NCBI GenBank assembly: GCA_964016885.1 | Contig: OZ024741.1 | Location: 66,960,001 to 67,024,000, forward strand | Origin: Eledone cirrhosa | Lineage: Eukaryota | Direction: 5' to 3' | DNA length: 64,000 bases | Shown: positions 13,684 to 28,067 of the stretch, one piece after another | Layout: every line of letters starts with the position of its first letter | How positions within the stretch are numbered: the stretch's first letter is position 1 | Position numbers and translations under genes: made by a program | Notes under the pieces: model-generated | The model's database searches: none | Told to the model about the DNA's origin: nothing | Seen by the model: only the letters and a program-made list of their open reading frames with translations

Positions 13684-13791
13684 GAGATTCAACAGGACTA
13701 GAACTGTTTCATTCTTTAGAAATCACCAGGAATCTCTGATGATTTCTGATGATTTCTAAAGAATGAAACAGTTCTAGTCCTGTAGAATCTC
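13684..13791. ncRNA. Back-to-back hammerhead pair in a fold-back element (13600-13805); family relics at ~12765-12890, 42668-42725, 44945-44990 and 47297-47341
   Basis: Plus 13741-13791: gattt CTGATGA tttc-taaa-gaat GAA ACAG-ttctagtc-CTGT A gaatc. Minus 13684-13736: same fold with a CTGGTGA core and 7-bp stem I gagattc/gaatctc. Confidence 0.75.
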
Positions 13792-13855
13792 ATCTATATT
13801 AAAACTATATATATATATATATATATAAATATATATAAATATATATATATATATA

Positions 13856-14545
13856 TTTTGTTATACTTTGGGAGAGTCATGTTGCCAATAAGAAACACGC
13901 ACCAATTGCTTTCACTTCAATTTATTATAATAAATTTATAAATTTAGGAATTTATAAATTTCCGGTTGGTTGGTTGGTTCCACAACCAGATGGTTGTTTA
14001 TATATTGTCAAAGTTCTTTCGCAACACATTCTGTGACCTCTTTAGTGACTGGGGATTCTTTTCTTTGTTTTTTGTGCCTCTCCTTTGTTCTGTCCTACGC
14101 CATCTTGTTTTTGTGTGTGTGTTGTGTGCTTAGTTTGCGCATGTGTTACATCCGGGTGTCTGTGTGTGTTTATATTCGTTTATTTATTTGTTTATGTACA
14201 TGTTACTGGTTGGTTGTTTGTTCTATGTGCGTGTGTGTTTTCATTTTGTCCTTAATTGTAAGTTGTGATGTTGCTGTTCCACTCACGTTTTCTATTTAAT
14301 TTTCGTTGTAATTCATTTATGTTTATTGCCTCTGTGATTTGTCTAAACATTGCGTTTAGACAAATCGCAGAGGCAATATAAATTTATAAATTCCTAAATT
14401 TATAAATTTATTATAATAAATTGAAGTGACGCACGTGGTGCGTGTGTTTCTTATTGGCAACATGACCCTCCCAAAGTATAACAATATCGGTTTCAACACA
14501 CGTTTTCAGATAAAGAATCTTGCTAAACAAATTCAGAAACGAAAT
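13856..14545. mobile_element. Solo fold-back 3' end/pLTR of the Neptune-like PLE at 28068-31765
   Basis: 13856-14350 is an inverted copy of ~31210-31705; 14378-14545 is a direct copy of ~31595-31765; flanked by (TA)n; HHR core mutated to CTAAAGA. Confidence 0.85.
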
Positions 14546-14570
14546 ATATATATATATATATATAATATTC

Positions 14571-14601
<31 letters not shown>

Positions 14602-15407
14602 GGTGGGTGTATTTATGTATGTATATATATATGAATATATATATGTATGTGTGTGTGTGGAAGTGTGTTTATATGCTTGTGTTTGTACGATTGTTTCACT
14701 TAATATATGTAACTTTGTACAGAAAATACGTCTAGACAACTACACGACTCATGTATCTAAAATAGGACACTGCAACCATTATCTTCAGTATTTTTCATGT
14801 AGCTTGATATGTTTATAGCATTATATATCACACTTGTGATATCAATTGAATATCGGGCGCCATATCACTCCGAACTATAGATTTTATGTACTGCAATCAG
14901 GTATAAACAAATAGTATATTAATACTACTCTAGTAGGCGTACTGTTATCGATAAGCCGATTGTTATTGCATAATTGAGCGTGGCTCCGTGTATAGAGTAT
15001 CATATAGATTTTCCTTCATATTTTTAAAAATAGATTTTAGAAAGAATATTCTATACGTCTTGTTTTTGACGATCTTGTTCCTCTGTAGCCCCAGGTCAGC
15101 TCTGACAAAGCAGATTTACGTTGAAAATACTTCTTGTCGTGCCCATCATGTCTTTGCTTTTATTTTCTAGACATAAAGTATGTAGTTTCACACTATTATA
15201 TGCCTCTTTTTCTATTGATGTGGCTTAAGGGACATATGACTCCTAGTTGTTGTAGGACGAGTAAGTCCGTAGAAGTTATGTAGTGTATGTATGGGTCCAT
15301 AACTCCTGGCGTAGTGTCTTGGCTACTTTAATCCTGGTAGAGTTTGTCATCTCTCCATGTCTAAATACAGCCGATATCTGTAAGATGAGAAAGAGGGATA
15401 TATATAC

Positions 15408-15439
<32 letters not shown>

Positions 15440-15684
15440 TGGTGGAGAGGGAAAGTGTATGTGTGAGAGAGAGAGGGAGAGAGAGAAAGAGAAAGAGGGG
15501 GAGAGAGTGTGTGTGTGTGAGAGAGAGATAGAAAGGGAAGGAGACAGAGAGAAAGAGAGAGCGAGAGAGAGATAAAGAGAAAGAAAGAGAGAGAGATAAA
15601 GAGAAAGAAAGAGAGAGAGAGAGAGAGATAAAGAGAAAGAAAGAGAGAGAGTTCAGAAATAGATGTAGAGGAAGAATCGTCTCC

Positions 15685-15830
15685 AGTACTGGATAGATTT
15701 TTATTTTTATCGACGACCTTGAAAGGATGAAGGGCAAAGTTGATCTCGGTGGGATTTGATCTCAGAGAACGTAGAGAGCGGCATTGAATACCGCAAAGTA
15801 ATCCATCTGATATTCTAACGATTCTGACAA
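15685..15830 (-). mobile_element. Diverged family A SINE
   Basis: ttttatcgac..aaggatgaagggcaaagttgatctcggtgggatttga matches the reverse complement of the core and B box. Confidence 0.7.
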
Positions 15831-16841
15831 TGTGCTGCAATCTCTGTAATGATTAGTAATGTTATAGTCATATTTTGTGGTTATAATTGAAAGTATTGAC
15901 ATTTGTTTAAATAATTGTCTGCATCGCCTTTTACCATTCTCAATATCTTTTCAAGTATGGAGATAACACTATTTTCCAACCCTTCATTGTTGATATCTAT
16001 TTCCAGAAACAAATATTTGGATATAAATCAAATTAAATCAATCGTTTTCAAGAAGCGCGAGGCAAATTTTCAAGTTTGGAAAATATGTAAGCGTAATGTA
16101 AGCTGCTTCAACGCAGGTATTTTCACTATGAAAAATATACTCAAACATGTAGTGCATATAATGCACAGTATCGCCAATAGGATACCCTCCTCCTTTTCCA
16201 TCTTTAGGGGTTTATATTTCCATTGTTCGACTATTTTTCCTAGTTAAAATCTTATATGTAAGAGCTGACATTAAACCAACATATTTTCAAAAGATATTTG
16301 GCTGGTCTCTGTTTATTTAAGTGTAAGTCTTTTAACATATCATTGGGGTAGATTAGAATAAATTGCTTTCACTCAGTCTTGGAACATGATTTCTGAATAA
16401 CTTTCCTTAACTTTCCCAGGAAACACAACAATACTTATATTGATTACATTTTGTCAACTCGACTTTCTTTTCGACCTATTTCTAGTACTTATCTCTTTCT
16501 CTGCATATTTCATATTGCGAGTAAGTTTCTATTGCATAAAACATACTCCGCCATAAATATATATATATATATTTGTAGATTTTTCCAAATTGAAGGATAA
16601 GTATTTACTTTAATTTTATTCTGAGTTAAGATTCTATTGGTTTTTTCCCTGAATTACACAAAATCTGTGGATAAAATTTCTGTCTTGACTTTTTTTGAAT
16701 TGGGATTGAATTATTTTCCCATATCTAACGTTAAATATTTTCCATGTTGACGTAATAGTCACTTATATGTATAAATTACTGTTGGCTTCTTGCTCACATT
16801 AATTTCTCTATTTTCATTTATATATATATATATGTATATAT

Positions 16842-17376
16842 AATAAATGTAATCTGAGTTTTTTCGAATATTAATAATAACATTCGATTCGTTTGCAATT
16901 ATGCAAAGAAGCCTCATTTTTAAAGCCATGTCAGTAGAATGTACCCTTCATTCTTGCTCTTGTGTTGGCATGTAAAAAGAACTGCAAACGCTAATGTTTC
17001 TCGGTATCACCCTTCATCAGTACAGCGCACTGGTCACCTGATTTGCATATCAGTCAGATGGCTGATCAGTCAGATCTGCATATTAGCAGATCCACTGATC
17101 AGCCAGATTTGCATATCAGCAGACTGGACAGTCCGTTTCCTGTATACGAGCGATAAATGGCCGGTTTTGACACATTCAAATAAAAAACAAAATTTTATAC
17201 GATGAAGGGTGATACCCAGAAACATTAGCGTCTGCAGTTCTGTTTACATGCCAACACAAAAGCAAGAATGAAGGGTTCATTCTACTGACATGGCTTTAAA
17301 AATGAGGCTTGTTTGCATAATTGCAAACGAATCGAATGTTATTATTAATATTCGAAAAACTCAGATTACATTTATT
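16842..17376. mobile_element. Fold-back element with ~177-bp arms (16842-17018 / 17201-17376) containing an HHR
   Basis: Arms are near-perfect reverse complements. Minus 16981-17026: gctgta CTGATGA agggtgataccga GAAAC attagc GTT tgcagt. The plus arm begins at GATGA and has GTC. Confidence 0.85.
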
Positions 17377-17574
17377 GTATTCAGCCATGTAGAGCGAAGA
17401 AAATTGTTTTTTATATAAATATATATATAACTAAATATATATATATATACGTTTATATATATATCATATTCACTGTCTCCGCCTACGTCAGATTGGGCAC
17501 TAACATGATGTAGTTCCTCCCAATGTTTCATATTTTGCATGATCTTATTTAATTCATATATATTTATACAAGAC

Positions 17575-18330
17575 AATGTCTCGCTAGCCCCTCGGTGGCC
17601 GACTATTTCTTTTGCTCTGAATAATACTATCCTTACATGTTTTAGAAAGACCGTTTTGTGAACGTTTTTCCTGACTAAAGAACTTCAGGGATTTGCATTT
17701 GATGATACCCATTATAGGAACTAGTTTAGCAGTTTCTAGTACACCCACACGTTTTATATGGCTGAACAATTTGCGATTTGTCAGGAACTTCATAATATGG
17801 TTTTAAAAGGTCTCGATTTTACTTATTGAGGATGATGGCCAGTTCACACATTCAAGACCATAAAGGGAGACATGTAGGATGTATAATTTATAGATTTTGC
17901 ATAGCAATTTATCATTTTCCTGAAAAGCTGCCCAGTCTAAACCTCTTCTGTGACGAACTGCAACAGAACCATCATTTGCTTTCAACAGGTTATGGAATAG
18001 ATAGACAAATTCTCAAATTGGTTTTATGAGTTAAGCATATATTGTAAAAGTTTTGAGGTTTATGATTCTTATCTGTTGACAGATATTAATTTTCGAGACC
18101 TTTACAAATAGTACAATTACGGCTGCATGTCTAGCAAGAACATCAATGTACTTTTACAGATATCGAATAGAACTGTTTACATTGGCAATATCACAGGCGT
18201 AGCTAAAATTTGACAGTAGCTGTCCACCGATGGATAAACTTGATTTGCATTTACTTCTGTTTTCAAGATTATGTTTGCTATAACAATGCAGTGGAGTAAA
18301 GCTGAAAATATTTTACAACTTTAAAGATAT
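17575..18330 (-). pseudogene. Degenerate 5'-truncated RTE-like LINE (RT C-terminal part)
   Basis: Frames give SYACDIA (YADD-like), KIYKLYILHVSLYGLEC..W....SKIETF and LKFF...KRS...KRNSRPPR, resembling the RTE LLYG.E.W and GRP motifs. Confidence 0.65.
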
Positions 18331-18338
18331 TGACACGC

Positions 18339-18478
18339 CAGGAGATGCCTGTGTCTGTTTCTATTGCTGCTGTAGGGCTATCATATGTTTGGTTTAAGAG
18401 ATTTATGTATCTCTTGTTAATAACTGTCTTATCAAACAGTTTCTATTCTACTTACGGGTGCCTTCCTGCAACTGCCTA
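18339..18478. repeat. 140-bp repeat with an inverted partner at 23321-23460
   Basis: Near-identical reverse complements; ORFs 18330..18776(+) and 23209..23454(-) share the peptide [19 protein letters not shown]. Confidence 0.9.
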
Positions 18479-18539
18479 TATATATATATATACATACAAA
18501 CACACACACACACATATATATGTATGTATACATACATAC

Positions 18540-18607
<68 letters not shown>

Positions 18608-18865
18608 CAATATAATACAAGGACTATTTGTTATGCCTTCATTACGTTTATTGATTGGTGACTCACGTTTCGCTATTGATCAGCTCAAGGTTCGATCTGT
18701 ATCGATCTGGCCCGACTCTGGAATCAAAATCCTGTCGGACCTCTGGTGTTATAATATATATATATATAAGTATTGAAATTTCCGTTGGAAACAGAAAAGG
18801 TCATAGAAATGAAGAGTGCTCTATGTAAGAATCAGAGCAAAATTTAATGTATAAAATCAATACAA

Positions 18866-18941
18866 TTACCTCATTACCAGAGGTTTCCCGAATGAGGCGA
18901 ATACGAAATAAACGACTTCATTCGTTCGTCAGACGAGGCAA
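18866..18941 (-). ncRNA. Type I hammerhead in the 3' pLTR of the Hydra-like PLE
   Basis: ttgcctcgt CTGACGA a-cgaatga...tcattcg-g GAA ACC-tct-GGT A atgaggtaa; 9-bp stem I with G-U pairs; same sense as the ORF. Confidence 0.8.
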
Positions 18942-20141
18942 TATAAAACATGGGCAAATACTTAGAAAAACACATCAAGAAAATCAAAAAAAATATATAG
19001 ATAAATGAAATAGAAATTGAAATATATAGAAATCTATCAAGAAAAATAGTTAGGTGTGTGTATGTGTATGTATATACGCTCACAGATATGCATATATGTA
19101 TATATGCACATGTAAATGTATAGTTAGAAAGTGTGCGTAATTATAAAAAATTAGGGCAAATGTATCTATATGTCTGTATTATACAGACAGAAATGGTTAC
19201 ATCGTAAATATAAGAATATAAAGTCGCGCGCATAAAAACGCCTGGACACTCGTACACTTAGATGTGGAAAGAAAGGAGGTAAAGATAGTATAATAATTAA
19301 AAGAAAAGTATCTGTCTCGATATATTTATAAAAATATAGTAACGATAAATTAGAAAGAAAAGATAGAAAGAAAAAATTAAAGAAAACAAAAAAAGAGGGG
19401 GTACATACATACACAGACACGCGTGTCTCACAAAAGAAATGTAAAAATAATTATGCTTATATACACACACGCACTTACACTTCCATACGTTCGATACGTA
19501 CATACACACACACACACACACATACTTATACTCGCGCATATAAACCTGTATGCATGCCCACGTATGAAACTGAGTAAATAACAAAAGGGGGAATGAAGGG
19601 GGGGGGAGAAGAAAAAAGGAACCAAAACATAAAACCGAAATGTCAAAAACACGGATATAAAGACACTTACATATACGCATAATATATACATACGCACACG
19701 CACAAACACCTGTACACACACACATACATACACGCACATATATATATATATACATATACATACAGGCACGCGCGCGCACATACGTAGTCACTCATATACA
19801 AATATAAAAAGTATACACACATTAAGGCGTTCAGCCATATTGAAATGTGGATAAATAAGTACAAATATAAAATTGTAAGATAGGCTGCGCAAAAATAAAA
19901 TAAAAATAAAAATGAAAAATATATCTGGATTGAAAAACACAAACGACAAGTATAATCAGTTAGTGGAGGAAAAAGGGAAGTAAAAGAAGGGGAAGTAAAA
20001 AATAGAAAATAGGGAGTGGATCGGAGAATAAGGGGGGGGGGTGAAGTAAAAATAAATAAAAGTGAAAATAAATGAAATTATTGACAAGGAAAAGAATGAA
20101 AGTAAGTCAGAAAGGGTAATTAAAAAGAGAATAATAAGAGT

Positions 20142-22280
20142 TTATGGAGGATAAGTATCTGAAAGTGTGTTAAGTTTATATGAGCTGGAAAGCAGGTGTG
20201 ATTTCATGTGTGGGCAACTGGTAAAAATTTCCGTCTTTGTGTTCAGGCAGGTCTTCGGTGATTTAAGATTTTGCAATATCCAAAATTTTTCATTTATGCA
20301 GAGCGTGCATTTTCTTGATCCTCTAGCATATTTTTTAGATTGGTTCAAAATTGACCAATCTAGTTTATATTGGATGCCTTGGTCTTTCAAATCCCAGATT
20401 CTGCTAGCCAGAGCTGTTGTAAATCTTTTTTCTGGATGTCGAAAGGATGCGACATGTGAGTAATAACGCGTTTTGAATCTGTCTTGCGTCATACCCACAT
20501 ATCGTTCACTGGTGACTGGATGGTTGTTGTTGGTGGTTGTCACATTAGCCGCATATACAATGGCTTTGGTGTTGCATTTACCTTGTAATGGGCATTCACT
20601 TTTGATTCTACAGGAGCAAGTTTGATTTTCTCTAGGTGTTGTTTTGTTGAGGATATAGGACTTAATGGGGGACCGCAGGAATAGCTAATTTTAACACAGT
20701 TTCTGTTAAAGATCTTATAGTATCTATGTGTTCTAGGGAAATGTTTATCTAGGAGTTCTAGGAATTTTTTGCCTACATTAGTTTTAACTGCTAGAGAGTA
20801 GGGGGGGTGTGAACCAGATTATTTTTCTTTTCCTATTTTTATGTTTAATAGAGTTAGTGTAGTTAGGTATGTATTTAATCGGTTCGCTAAAGCCTCTATT
20901 TTGGAGGGCTTTATTATAGTAGGGGGGTGCCTTATTGAAAATAGCTTCTGATGAAGAGAGGGTAGAGATCCTATGGCTAATATTAGGGATAAGGTTTTTA
21001 AAAACTATAGGTGGATGGCAAGATCCTTTATTTATATATTTTAAGTTTTCATTAGGTTTATGGTATGGTTTATAAGAAGCAGTAGGCAAATCTAAGTTTA
21101 TATCTAGGAAATCTACGTTGGAAAGGTTAGTATCAATAGTAATTTTAAGATTAAAACTAGCAAAGGTTTTTATTAAGTCTTTCCTTAATCTATCTAAGTT
21201 ATGGCCTATGGTGGTATGGGAAAGTATTAGACCATCATCGCGATAAAGCCCAAAAACATGGTTAGGAAATTTTTCTTTAAGTGTATGTAAGAGGAATAGG
21301 CCGACCAGATCACAAACCTCGGCACTGTCATAAGAGCCCATTGAGACATCGAATGGGTTCTCTGGGTTAGATATTTTTACCCAAGTGTCATTATCATTAA
21401 AAAGTAGAGTGTTCCTAGCATGCAAGATTACATCCTCTTCAATATCGGAGATATTAGTAAACCCTCTAGCGAAATTTAAAGCTTTCACTAAAAGGGTCTG
21501 AGTGATAGATGGGTAGAAATCAACGATATCGAATTGGGTGAATCTAGAACTGATTTTGTTTTTAATATTATTAAACCAATGTACTACGGAAGAGCTATTT
21601 ATCCATTGGAGTAATTTAGACTTACTTCTAATGTGTGTATTTAATTTATTTAAAATTTTTTTACTGGCAAGACCAATATCAGTCTTAGCAGGGTTGATTA
21701 ATCTACAACTAGGGCGATTAATAAAGTCGGGTTTATGATCTTTAAGGGTGATGTAGGCAGAACGTTTAGCAAGTTTTTCTATCCTATTATCTATTTTTAA
21801 AGAAACAGCTAATTCTTTAGCTTCCTTATTTATATTATGGTACGTATTTATATTAGCTATTTGGTATTTAGAGGTGATATTATCTATTAATAGTTGGTCG
21901 TGTAAATTATTATTAACTTCATATAGGTTTTTAGTTTTATCTGAGAAGATGAACTTATTATTAGAAGATTTGAAAGTAGAAATATCATTAGATAATTTGG
22001 ATTGAAAGGGGTTAGAGTACTTACGAAAATTGATGTTGTTGATAAGGTTAACTAGGTCTAATTCAAAGGCGGTCATATCTTTTACTCTTTGCGGGTATTT
22101 GTAAGTTTTGATGTCAAAATATTCCGTAGAATCCGTGTTAAATTGACCACCGAGAATCAAAGCTTTCCATCTCATTCTTTTAACAACCTTCTCTACTTTG
22201 TCTATCAGTATTTTCGTGTAGAGAGTGTTAGAAGGTGTTGGGATATTCTTTACGGAGTAGTCCAAAGGGTATTTGTCCAT
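20142..22280 (-). pseudogene. PLE polyprotein: reverse transcriptase plus C-terminal GIY-YIG endonuclease, frameshifted near 20800 and 20660
   Basis: 498-aa ORF with TLKDHK, RLINPAK, FDIVDFYPSI, FDVSMGSYDSAEVCDLVG, GLYRDDGL, DFLDINLDL, HPP, IIWFTPP; then CSC...CPL.GKC..AIVY and YVGMTQDRFKTRYYSH...C.LC..EK. Confidence 0.92.
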
Positions 22281-22494
22281 ATTCGGTATTGGTTTAAAAT
22301 CCTATGACTGAAGAGTGCTCGACTTAAAGAGGGCTGGAAGGTGCCAATCTCATAACGATGTAGAATATGCTACGATCATTCCATTGGGAGCTTTATAAGT
22401 ATTGAAATTTCCGTTGGAAACAGAAAAGGTCATAGAAATGAAGAGTGCTCTATGTAAATATCAGAGCAAAATTTAATGTATAAAATCAATACAA

Positions 22495-22570
22495 TTACCT
22501 CATTACCAGAGGTTTCCCGAATGAGGCGAATACGAAATAAACGACTTCATTCGTTCGTCAGACGAGGCAA
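22495..22570 (-). ncRNA. Type I hammerhead in the 5' pLTR (copy of 18866-18941)
   Basis: Same motif sequence in the second pLTR. Confidence 0.8.
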
Positions 22571-22793
22571 TATAAAACATGGGCAAATACTTAGAAAAAC
22601 ACATCAAGAAAATCAAAAAAAATATATAGATAAATGAAATAGAAATTGAAATATATAAAAATCTATCAAGAAAAATAGTTAGGTGTGTGTATGTGTATGT
22701 ATATACGCTCACAGATATGCATATATGTATATATGCACATGTAAATGTATAGTTAGAAATTGTGCGTAATTATAAAAAATTAGGGCAAATGTA

Positions 22794-22851
<58 letters not shown>

Positions 22852-22853
<2 letters not shown>

Positions 22854-22994
22854 TTTTGCCAGGTATTTTATATGAAATCGTGTGTCGAAACAAATATTGT
22901 TATACTTAGGGAGGGTCATATTTGTGTAATATTGCCAGAATTAATAACAGAACACACTCACTGTTTGGTTGGTTTTCGGTTTTCGCTTCTGTGT

Positions 22995-22998
<4 letters not shown>
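22852..22998 (-). mobile_element. Solo 3' terminus of a Neptune-like pLTR
   Basis: tattgttatact..ggagggtcat...acagaacacactcactg.ttggttgg matches 35851-36150 (without the SINE) and resembles the reverse complement of 31670-31760. Confidence 0.7.
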
Positions 22999-23070
<72 letters not shown>

Positions 23071-23076
<6 letters not shown>

Positions 23077-23276
23077 TATATACAGATATGTGCATATACG
23101 TATGTATATATATTTAAGTAAGTGCCGTATATAGCACGGCACTTACTTAAATGTAAGTATGTATGTCTGTATACATACATACATACTTACATTTAAGTAA
23201 GTGCCGTACTATATACGGCACTTACTTAAATATATATACACACATATACATACGTATATGCACATATCTGTATATA

Positions 23277-23282
<6 letters not shown>
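23071..23282. repeat. Nested palindrome (a hairpin of hairpins) within (TA)n
   Basis: tttaagtaagtgccgt..acggcacttacttaaa hairpin occurs twice, and the whole 212 bp is approximately self-complementary. Confidence 0.85.
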
Positions 23283-23324
<42 letters not shown>

Positions 23325-23724
23325 CAGTTGCAGGAAGGCACTCGTAAGTACAATAGAAACTGTTTGATAAGACAGTTATTAACAAGAGATACATAAATCT
23401 CTTAAACCAAACATATGATAGCCCTACAGCAGCAATAGAAACAGACACAGGCATCTCCTGTGTGCATATATGTGTGCATGTATGTATATATATACATACT
23501 ACTGTACGTCTGTATACATATATGTACGTACGTATACATACTTATATTTAAGTAACTGCCGTACTAAGAGTGGGAAATGAAATTTCGTTTCATTTTTTCC
23601 GTTTATCGTTTTCGGTACCCCGGCCGATTAACCCACTCGATATGCAAATTGGGCTACTCAGCCGTTAATATGCATAAGGAAAGTATATACTTTCGGAGGT
23701 TCAACTATCTGGCAGGAAGGTATA

Positions 23725-23765
23725 CGTTGCTGACGATAGCTAACAAGCTTGAAACTAGTACAGCG
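23725..23765 (+). ncRNA. Minimal type I hammerhead in a 227-nt terminally redundant unit (23570-23832)
   Basis: cgttg CTGACGA t-agct-aaca-agct-t GAAA ctag TA cagcg; 36-bp direct repeat gtgggaaatgaaatttcgtttcattttttccgttta at 23570 and 23797. Confidence 0.85.
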
Positions 23766-23827
23766 TTCCTTTGTCAGTGTTGAACAAACGAGCAACGTGG
23801 GAAATGAAATTTCGTTTCATTTTTTCC

Positions 23828-23858
<31 letters not shown>

Positions 23859-24394
23859 ACGAGGAAATTGTGGTAAGGAACCAGATGGACCATAACGCAC
23901 CAAAGTACTCAATACTTAGTGTAGTAGAGTGTAGTGGCTTGAGCTCTGCCGTCAGGACTCCGATATATATATAAATATAAATTAGCGAGAATCGTATTTC
24001 GGCTATTGGAAATTAGCGAAAGACAACTTCCGAGATGTGGCGAGGGCTCCATAGAAGCTAGTGGACTAGAGCAACAACATAAGTTAAAAGGCCAAACACA
24101 CTGAGACGATGGTTAAACCATTATCCGCACAGCCATACAAACGACCAAGCAATTCGGGTCAAAGAAATAATAAAATATGATTGAAAATTTATACCCGGAC
24201 CCCTGGAAACGTTGGTAATATCCAGTATGGGGTTTCTGCAAATCCTAAATCAGGTACTGTCCGCTTAGACAAATAATGTTAAGCTTTTGGTATGATGATC
24301 GAACTAGGAAGTCATTTTTTCAACAGGCATTTAGTTATGTGCAAAGCCATGGACTGACCGTTATCAAAACCCACGTGGGGTGTGATAAAGGGTG

Positions 24395-24487
<93 letters not shown>

Positions 24488-24520
24488 AAAGAATAGAGGT
24501 GTAACACACAAGTTATTATA

Positions 24521-26715
<2,195 letters not shown>

Positions 26716-26810
26716 GTAGGAGGTGAGTTTTATTGTAGTACAATAAAGCAATGCAGATATCGGATAAGAAGCACTCTACAGTTTGTAAGACTGGAGTATA
26801 CATAATATAT

Positions 26811-27136
26811 AAGAACAAAAGATGGTTAAAAGAGTTCCATGTATTTTATTATGCGCATTTCAAAAACAAATATCATCATGCAATAATATTTGTGTTTTCA
26901 TCAGATAAAACAGGAAGACATGATATGAAGGTTAAAAAACACTTGTGGATAGTGCAGTTTTAAATCAACATATATGATATGTTGATTTAAAACTGCACTA
27001 TCCACAAGTGTTTTTTAACCTTCATATCATGTCTTCCTGTTTTATCTGATGAAAACACAAATATTATTGCATGATGATATTTGTTTTTGAAATGCGCATA
27101 ATAAAATACATGGAACTCTTTTAACCATCTTTTGTA

Positions 27137-27139
<3 letters not shown>
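26811..27139. mobile_element. Near-perfect 329-bp palindrome with an intact hammerhead on each strand (26844-26910 minus; 27040-27106 plus)
   Basis: ttttat CTGATGA aaacacaaatatta..tgatatttgttttt GAAA t-gcgc-a TA ataaaa; symmetric about 26975. Confidence 0.9.
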
Positions 27140-27180
<41 letters not shown>

Positions 27181-27187
<7 letters not shown>

Positions 27188-27326
27188 GAAAAAACCGAGG
27201 AAGTTTCGTTTACATATGAAAAATATTTATTGCGTATCGGTATCGATCAAGAAACGTGCGTAACAGATCGATACGCAATAAATATATTTTCTATGTAAAC
27301 GAATATTCCTCGATTTTTTCTATTAT
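27181..27326. mobile_element. Small fold-back element with an HHR 3' half
   Basis: Imperfect ~60-bp arms; the centre reads GAAAC-gtgc-GTA. Confidence 0.55.
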
Positions 27327-27559
27327 ATACATTCTGGTTGTGAATAGAGTGCTTGATTTGGTACCAACACCAGTATGTCCCCGTACTACCTACACTACAC
27401 GCACAGACACACACACACATACACACACACACGCACACACATATATATATGTATATATGTATATATATATATATAAACACACACACACATATATATATAT
27501 ATATGTATATATTTATATATACACACACACACACGCACACATATATATATATATATATG

Positions 27560-27639
<80 letters not shown>

Positions 27640-28067
27640 CACACACACACATATATATATATATGTATATATATATACACACACACACACACACATATAT
27701 ATATGTGTATATATATATACACACACACACAAACACACACACACACACATATATGTATATACATCTATATATATATACGAAAAAAGTCAGGACCCAGACG
27801 GCTGAGCTCCGGCCGTTTCAACAGCTAGATCCGGAGCTCAGCCGTTGTGGTCCTGACTCTTTTTATATTACCTACTCTACTATCCCGAGTATTGAGTACT
27901 CTGATGCGTTATGGTTTACCGGGTATCTTACCACACCCTGTTTATTATATATATATATATATAGTAAAAAATTGAACGGGAACAAAACAGAGAGGCAGTA
28001 CGAACAAAGGTTTATTAGTTTCATTCTCTTGAGAGTGGGGTGGTGATATATGTATATATATATATAT

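Larger units (their letters stand above)
18765..22800 (-). mobile_element. Near full-length Penelope-like element (Hydra-clade-like) with 407-bp direct pseudo-LTRs (22394-22800 and 18765-19171), inserted in (TA)n
   Basis: Near-identical direct repeats offset by 3629 bp flank an RT plus GIY-YIG ORF; TA tracts on both sides. Confidence 0.92.

Noticed and set aside
15900-16800. Possible LINE endonuclease relic (GGG motif on the minus strand)
   Set aside because: Too degenerate to support a call
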